A DNA stretch of 49,593 nt from a virus (taxonomy: Duplodnaviria > Caudoviricetes): IMG/VR virus record IMGVR_UViG_3300025529_000009, positions 1-49,593 of that record; one strand, 5' to 3'. This document shows positions 45,217-49,593 of this stretch, one piece after another (positions within the stretch are counted from its first letter, which is position 1; every line of letters begins with the position of its first letter). A model generated the notes under the pieces. The model was not told where the DNA came from, ran no database searches, and was given only the letters and a program-made list of their open reading frames with translations. A program made the translations under genes and the position numbers.

Positions 45217-45964
45217 AGGTATCGATTGTGCAGTTCCCTTGACGGCAGAAAAAGCAAAAGAGATGGCGGCGGCAGGCATGCGTTTTGTTTGCCGCTACCT
45301 GGTCCCTGTCAGCATGGCATGGAAGCGCCTGACCAGGGCAGAAGCCGAGGCGATCACGGCCGCCGGTATGAAGATCGTGTCCGTTTTCCAACGCGGCGCC
45401 AATGACGCAGCAGGCGGCGCTCCGAACGGCACCCGCGATGGAAAGGCAGCTTACCAAGAGGCCAAGGCAATTGGTCAGCCGGCCGGCACAGCCATCTACT
45501 TCGCCGTGGACTTCGACGCGCAGCCGAAGGACTACGACGCGATCGAGGCATACCTGAGAGCGGCAGCCAAGGAGCTGCCCGGCTATAACGTGGGAGTATA
45601 CGGTTCTTATGCCGTCGTGGAAGAGATGGCCCGTCGCGGAGCATGTGCCCACTTCTGGCAGACGTATGCATGGAGTAAGGGGCGCCTCTCTGCTGCCACA
45701 AACATCTACCAGTACAAAAACGGCCAGACGCTGGCCGGCCATACGGTGGATTTCAATGAGTCGTTCGGCGACGAAGGGTGGTGGGATACGAGTATGAAAA
45801 ATGTGGATAAGCCTGTAAATAACTCTGTTGATAAAGAAGCGGCCGAGAAAGTGATCAGTGTTTTGGGATCACTTTGGATGGCAAGTGCGGATAAAAAGGT
45901 CCAAGATGCTGCGCACTACGCTGCCAATGCACTGCGGGATGCGGCCGGGATACCTAGACCATAA
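45203..45964 (+). CDS. Endolysin, DUF1906/GH25-like glycoside hydrolase
   Basis: GIDC, FVCRYL, IYFAVDFD, GVYGS, WQTYAWS, VDFN. Confidence 0.88.
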   Translation: MAATKGIDCAVPLTAEKAKEMAAAGMRFVCRYLVPVSMAWKRLTRAEAEAITAAGMKIVSVFQRGANDAAGGAPNGTRDGKAAYQEAKAIGQPAGTAIYFAVDFDAQPKDYDAIEAYLRAAAKELPGYNVGVYGSYAVVEEMARRGACAHFWQTYAWSKGRLSAATNIYQYKNGQTLAGHTVDFNESFGDEGWWDTSMKNVDKPVNNSVDKEAAEKVISVLGSLWMASADKKVQDAAHYAANALRDAAGIPRP

Positions 45965-45967
45965 GAG

Positions 45968-46010
45968 AAGCCCTCTGCCGGGAAGCCGGTGGAGGGCTTT
46001 GTTTTGTTTT
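45968..46010. terminator. Terminator at the end of the late operon, between convergent genes
   Basis: AAGCCCTCTGCCGG-GAAG-CCGGTGGAGGGCTT followed by TGTTTTGTTTT. Confidence 0.8.
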
Positions 46011-47056
46011 TATCTGCTCCGTACCATCTCCACTAGTCCATGATCAAGCTGATGGCTGTGGAGCGGGTGCCTTTTCATGGCGTCCATGACCTTGCTCGTG
46101 TCGATCGCCAGGTAGTGCTCCAGCGTCTGGACACGAGCGTGGCCGCTGATCTCTTTCAAGACGAACAGGTCCACTCCCTGCTTGTGCAGGAACGTCAGGC
46201 AGCTACGCCGCAGCGCATGGAGGCTGAGCCCGTCCTTGTAGATGCCGAGCTTCTTGGCATATGACTTGAACAGCCAGTCGATCCCCTTCTCGCTGTATGG
46301 CTTACCGTATTTGGTCAGAAACAAGGTCTGGTCGTCCTCATTCGTGACAAAGTATTTCCTGCCGCACCGGTACCGGTTGATTTCGTGTCGACTCTTCCTC
46401 TTCCTCTTCTTTTTCTGAATCTCCTCATACACGATCCCGTTTTGCAGATAGAGCTGCAGCGCGTTGACCAACTGCGGAATCATCGGGATCACCCGGTCCT
46501 TACCGCCTTTCCCGTCCCGCACATGGATGTACCCCTCTTCGAAGTTGACGTCGTATGTTTTCAAGGTGATCAGCTCGCTCACCCGAACGCCAGTAAAAAG
46601 GAACGTGGCAAAGATGGCGTAGTCGCGGATCGCATACCTTCCAGTCAGCATAATCCCGTCCAGCAGAGTTTTTGCCTGCTGCTCCCCAAGCGTAATCGGC
46701 ACCGTCTTGGGCACCTTCATCCCCTGGATGTTCTTGGCCGGGTTTTTGACGATGTCGTAGTCGTCGTGATCGACAAAGTACTCATAGAACGACCGGATCA
46801 CGGACATATGCCGATTGACGGTACGTGGCGCCAGACCAGCGTCGACGAGACTGAATTTGTACTCACGGATATCCTGCTGCCGAAGCTCCAGCACGTCTTG
46901 CGTGGTAAAATGGCCGATGAACCGGCGCAGATCAGTTTCGTACCCAGTCAGCGTCTTCGGCCGCGCCCCTTTGTCGCTTTTCATGTACAGCAGAAATTCT
47001 CGCACGTAGAGATCGTTGGTCTGAGTTTTGACGATGCTCACCACATTCCCGTGCAT
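46010..47056 (-). CDS. Second tyrosine recombinase, XerC/D-like without arm domain
   Basis: TGVRVSE, GKGGKDR, HALRRS, SGHA, LEHY: complete R-K-H-R-H-Y set; RBS GGGAGGGG. Confidence 0.9.
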   Translation of the reverse strand: MHGNVVSIVKTQTNDLYVREFLLYMKSDKGARPKTLTGYETDLRRFIGHFTTQDVLELRQQDIREYKFSLVDAGLAPRTVNRHMSVIRSFYEYFVDHDDYDIVKNPAKNIQGMKVPKTVPITLGEQQAKTLLDGIMLTGRYAIRDYAIFATFLFTGVRVSELITLKTYDVNFEEGYIHVRDGKGGKDRVIPMIPQLVNALQLYLQNGIVYEEIQKKKRKRKSRHEINRYRCGRKYFVTNEDDQTLFLTKYGKPYSEKGIDWLFKSYAKKLGIYKDGLSLHALRRSCLTFLHKQGVDLFVLKEISGHARVQTLEHYLAIDTSKVMDAMKRHPLHSHQLDHGLVEMVRSR

Positions 47057-47131
47057 GGAATCCCCTCCCTGGATTGTTCCAGAGCAGGGCCTAATGCTAA
47101 GATATAACCATCAGGCGCTGCCTGGTGGTTC

Positions 47132-47174
47132 AAAAGCCGTTTCTCATGTCTGCCAGGACGGGAACGGCTTTTTT
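47132..47174. terminator. Bidirectional terminator-like hairpin
   Basis: AAAAGCCGTTTC...GGAACGGCTTTT. Confidence 0.7.
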
Positions 47175-47754
47175 AATTTTTTGTATCAGTAATTGATTTT
47201 TTGGAGCGGAAGTGGTGTTCCGTCGATTGAATAAGTCGCGGGATCGCGGCGCGAATCAGTTTGTCTGGCGAACCAAAGCGCTTGTTCGTGAAGGGACAAA
47301 CATACTGCGGGTGAGTTTTGATCTCCGTTAGGTCTTCGCCTGCTCGGAATAGATTACGAAACAGTGCATCCTTTGCCTCTGCCAATACCACAGCTGGCTT
47401 GTCGCTGTAATCCTCGGAGCAGATCATCCACAAATGCTCTACTTCACGCCGAGTGAGTCGTTCGACGTTCTGACTTGAGTTACTTTTTTCTAACTTGATT
47501 CGCAATCTACCGATTTCCTCGAATGCCTCCATCACTTGCTTCCTGTGGTTCTCGGCTTCTTCCTTCCAGTAGTGAACCGTATCGACAGAGGCCCCTTGCA
47601 TTGGCTGCTGCATCAGTTGACGAAGAAAAGCTGCCACAGTCTTTCCAGATGCTTCAATCTGTTCCCATTCCTTCGCCGTAAGCGTTAACGATACCTTGCG
47701 TGTAATTCCCAGTGCCTTGCGTCCAGCGCCTGGTCGTTTCCCACCTCGTGCCAT
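47173..47754 (-). CDS. Putative DNA-binding protein
   Basis: N-term RGGKRPGAGRK, then RKVSLTLT strand-helix-helix (RHH-like) and coiled coil; RBS AAGGAGTG. Confidence 0.75.
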   Translation of the reverse strand: MARGGKRPGAGRKALGITRKVSLTLTAKEWEQIEASGKTVAAFLRQLMQQPMQGASVDTVHYWKEEAENHRKQVMEAFEEIGRLRIKLEKSNSSQNVERLTRREVEHLWMICSEDYSDKPAVVLAEAKDALFRNLFRAGEDLTEIKTHPQYVCPFTNKRFGSPDKLIRAAIPRLIQSTEHHFRSKKSITDTKN

Positions 47755-47768
47755 ATGATCACTCCTTA

Positions 47769-47838
47769 TTGAATTAAGTTACTTAAATCATAAAAAGCAA
47801 ATTCTACGCTGTCAATAGATTTAAGTAACTTAATTCAA
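47769..47838 (-). promoter_or_regulatory. Sigma-A promoter bracketed by a perfect 21-bp inverted repeat
   Basis: TTGAATTAAGTTACTTAAATC / GATTTAAGTAACTTAATTCAA; minus-strand TTGACA-17-TATGAT (47815 to 47787). Confidence 0.8.
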
Positions 47839-47859
47839 AAAGAAAGAACAGGAGTTGGG

Positions 47860-47940
47860 GTGAACAATTCACCCACTTTGACCGGTGAGCAGGAATACTT
47901 TCTGAACAAGTGGGAAAGAATAAGGGCCGGCATCAGGTAA
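47860..47940 (+). CDS. Possible 26-aa peptide
   Basis: AGGAG then GTG; MNNSPTLTGEQEYFLNKWERIRAGIR. Confidence 0.3.
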   Translation: MNNSPTLTGEQEYFLNKWERIRAGIR

Positions 47941-47973
47941 GAATTCTCGACAAAGTAGGAGGAGTTCTTAACT

Positions 47974-48177
47974 TTGACAAGAACTAAGAGACGCAAACGA
48001 CCAACCATCAAGATAGTGGCTCATTACATGATGATTGATGGAAAGGAAGTAGAGATCAACCCATTTAAGACTGATTTACCGGATCGCTGCAAACTGGTGT
48101 TGGCTGAAATTGCAACCGGACAATCTTGCCGTTTTGTGGAGGAGGGGAAGACCGGGGACAGGAGTGAACCGGATTAA
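47974..48177 (+). CDS. Small hypothetical protein
   Basis: RBS AGGAGGAG before TTG. Confidence 0.65.
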   Translation: MTRTKRRKRPTIKIVAHYMMIDGKEVEINPFKTDLPDRCKLVLAEIATGQSCRFVEEGKTGDRSEPD

Positions 48178-48303
48178 AAAAAATCTCGATTGGTACGACG
48201 GCCCGGAAAAGGGAGGTATCAAATTACGGCCTAGCCAATCACCGTAATGAGCAGACGAGAGCCTTCCAGGAATAACGGCATCATGAACAACCTCAGCGGC
48301 TCT

Positions 48304-48335
48304 TTGACAACAGCATTGACAACCAAATTGACAAC
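48304..48335 (+). promoter_or_regulatory. Putative integrase arm-type sites, right
   Basis: TTGACAAC three times with 12-bp period (48304, 48316, 48328). Confidence 0.75.
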
Positions 48336-48441
48336 GCACTTAAAGAAAACAGGTAAATTTAAATTAACTGGATACAAGAAAAACCGCAGTAGAATGCGGT
48401 TTGTGCAGTACGGTTAACTATTTGTAATATGGTTGATCAAA

Positions 48442-48488
48442 TTGACAGGGTGGGGGTCGCTGGTTCGAACCCAGTCCGGATCACCATA
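48442..48488 (+). repeat. attR core, 47 bp (duplicated tRNA-Val 3' half)
   Basis: Identical to 74-120. Confidence 0.95.
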
Positions 48489-49593
48489 ACAGGTATATCA
48501 AGGGTTTGTAGACGATTAGACAACATAATAAATGTTGTGGTCGAATACAAACACGCTTTCAAATAGAAAGCACACTTTCTTTCAGTATCAGAAAACTGGA
48601 GGGGAGTGTGCTTTTTCGTGTTATTAAAGTTTGCCATTAAAGATTTCAAGGAGGATCGAGAATTTAAAAACTTATCGCCTAAAACAATCGAAACGTACAT
48701 GTCATCCCTCAATGAGTTTCAAGAATTCTGCGGAAAACAAGAAATTGTCGATGTGAGTGACGTAACACCTAATATCATTAAAAATTATCTGATGTATTGT
48801 CAGAAAGAACGAAACAACAATGTAACGACCAGAAACAGTAAACTCCATGTTCTGAAAATCTTCTTTAATTACCTTGAAGAGATCGAAGTCATTACACAAA
48901 AACAAAATCCTGCTAAAAGAATTGGGTATGGGAAAGAGGACATAAAAATTGAAGTATTCCAAGATAGGCACATTCATCAAATGCTTAGTTACTACAGGAG
49001 ATTAAAGCAACGCGAAAAATCGTTCTTTGCTTACAGAGATTACACTATGATTGTGTTTTTGCTTGGAACAGGCGTTAGATTAGGCGAATTGGTCAATCTG
49101 ATCTGGAATGACGTTGACTTGAAAAACGGTACAATTATCGTTTTTGGCAAGAAGCGACAGCAAAGTTCTATCCCGTTAACCAAGAAACTGATCAAAGAAC
49201 TTTGCGAGTACAGGGTATTTTGTGAGCAGACGTTTGGTGAGATTCCCGACTATGTATTTACAGACGTTGAGGGGAAAAAACTCACTGATAATGCTGTAAA
49301 GTGCGTCTTTAAGCGACTAAAAGAGATCATGAATTTTTCTGATGTACGTTTATCAGCCCATACTTTCAGACACACTTTTGCCCATAGAATGCTGATGAAC
49401 GGTTGTGATGTTTTCACATTGCAAAAAATGCTCAGGCATAGCAATATTGCAATGACGCAAAGGTATCTGGCAATCTGGGGAGTAGCACTTAGGGAACAAA
49501 ATTCAAAATATAATCCATTGAACACCTTGGATATTTAGAAGAGGACACATTACCGGTCAAATGAAAAGAATCTGAATGAAAACTAAGGGAGGA
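48489..49593. mobile_element. Left end of a second integrative element in tandem at the same tRNA
   Basis: AT-rich DNA with a tyrosine integrase ~130 bp from the tRNA 3' duplicate; continues beyond the window. Confidence 0.7.
48618..49538 (+). CDS. Tyrosine integrase/recombinase of the adjacent element
   Basis: TGVRLGE, GKKR, SAHTFRHTFA, LRHS, TQRY; start at 48606 or 48618. Confidence 0.9.
   Translation: MLLKFAIKDFKEDREFKNLSPKTIETYMSSLNEFQEFCGKQEIVDVSDVTPNIIKNYLMYCQKERNNNVTTRNSKLHVLKIFFNYLEEIEVITQKQNPAKRIGYGKEDIKIEVFQDRHIHQMLSYYRRLKQREKSFFAYRDYTMIVFLLGTGVRLGELVNLIWNDVDLKNGTIIVFGKKRQQSSIPLTKKLIKELCEYRVFCEQTFGEIPDYVFTDVEGKKLTDNAVKCVFKRLKEIMNFSDVRLSAHTFRHTFAHRMLMNGCDVFTLQKMLRHSNIAMTQRYLAIWGVALREQNSKYNPLNTLDI

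Larger units (their letters stand above)
74..48488. mobile_element. Complete temperate prophage with contractile tail, integrated in tRNA-Val
   Basis: 47-bp direct repeats at both ends, adjacent integrase, full lysogeny-replication-packaging-head-tail-lysis gene order. Confidence 0.95.

Noticed and set aside
42045-47056. Diversity-generating retroelement or tail-fibre shufflon driven by the second recombinase
   Set aside because: No reverse transcriptase, no TR/VR repeat pair, and no inverted alternative fibre cassettes or repeated crossover sites were seen
48437-48712. 91-aa minus-strand ORF over attR
   Set aside because: It reads through the tRNA duplicate and lies antisense to the integrase; spurious

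Overview
The window holds an apparently complete ~48.4 kb temperate prophage with a contractile tail (myovirus-type) from a Bacillales host. A Paenibacillaceae/Brevibacillus-like host is an inference from gene content and signals. It is integrated in the 3' half of a tRNA-Val(GAC) gene (43-118) and bounded by a perfect 47-bp att duplication (74-120 and 48442-48488). Gene order: integrase, ImmA-like protease, ImmR-like repressor, Cro, antirepressors, Xis, sigma factor, a DUF2800/DUF2815/PolA/PcfK-PcfJ/VirE-primase/VRR-NUC/SNF2 replication module with an iteron origin, late activator, terminase, head, tail and baseplate, holin and lysin, then an accessory module with a second tyrosine recombinase. 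The integrase of a second, tandem element starts right after attR. Features not explained by standard annotation: (1) the ImmA-like protease ends in an SSB-type acidic tip (DPFA...DDDLPF); (2) a dif-like site with a perfect Bacillus TTATGTAAACT arm plus repeated TTATGCA half-sites upstream of terS; (3) three phased DnaA-type boxes inside the lysin linker; (4) two large, highly base-paired intergenic RNA candidates, one early and one late; (5) three antisense promoter plus GGCAG-loop hairpin cassettes; (6) a 21-bp inverted repeat bracketing a consensus promoter in the second-recombinase module. All family calls come from motif recognition and synteny by eye; no database searches were run.
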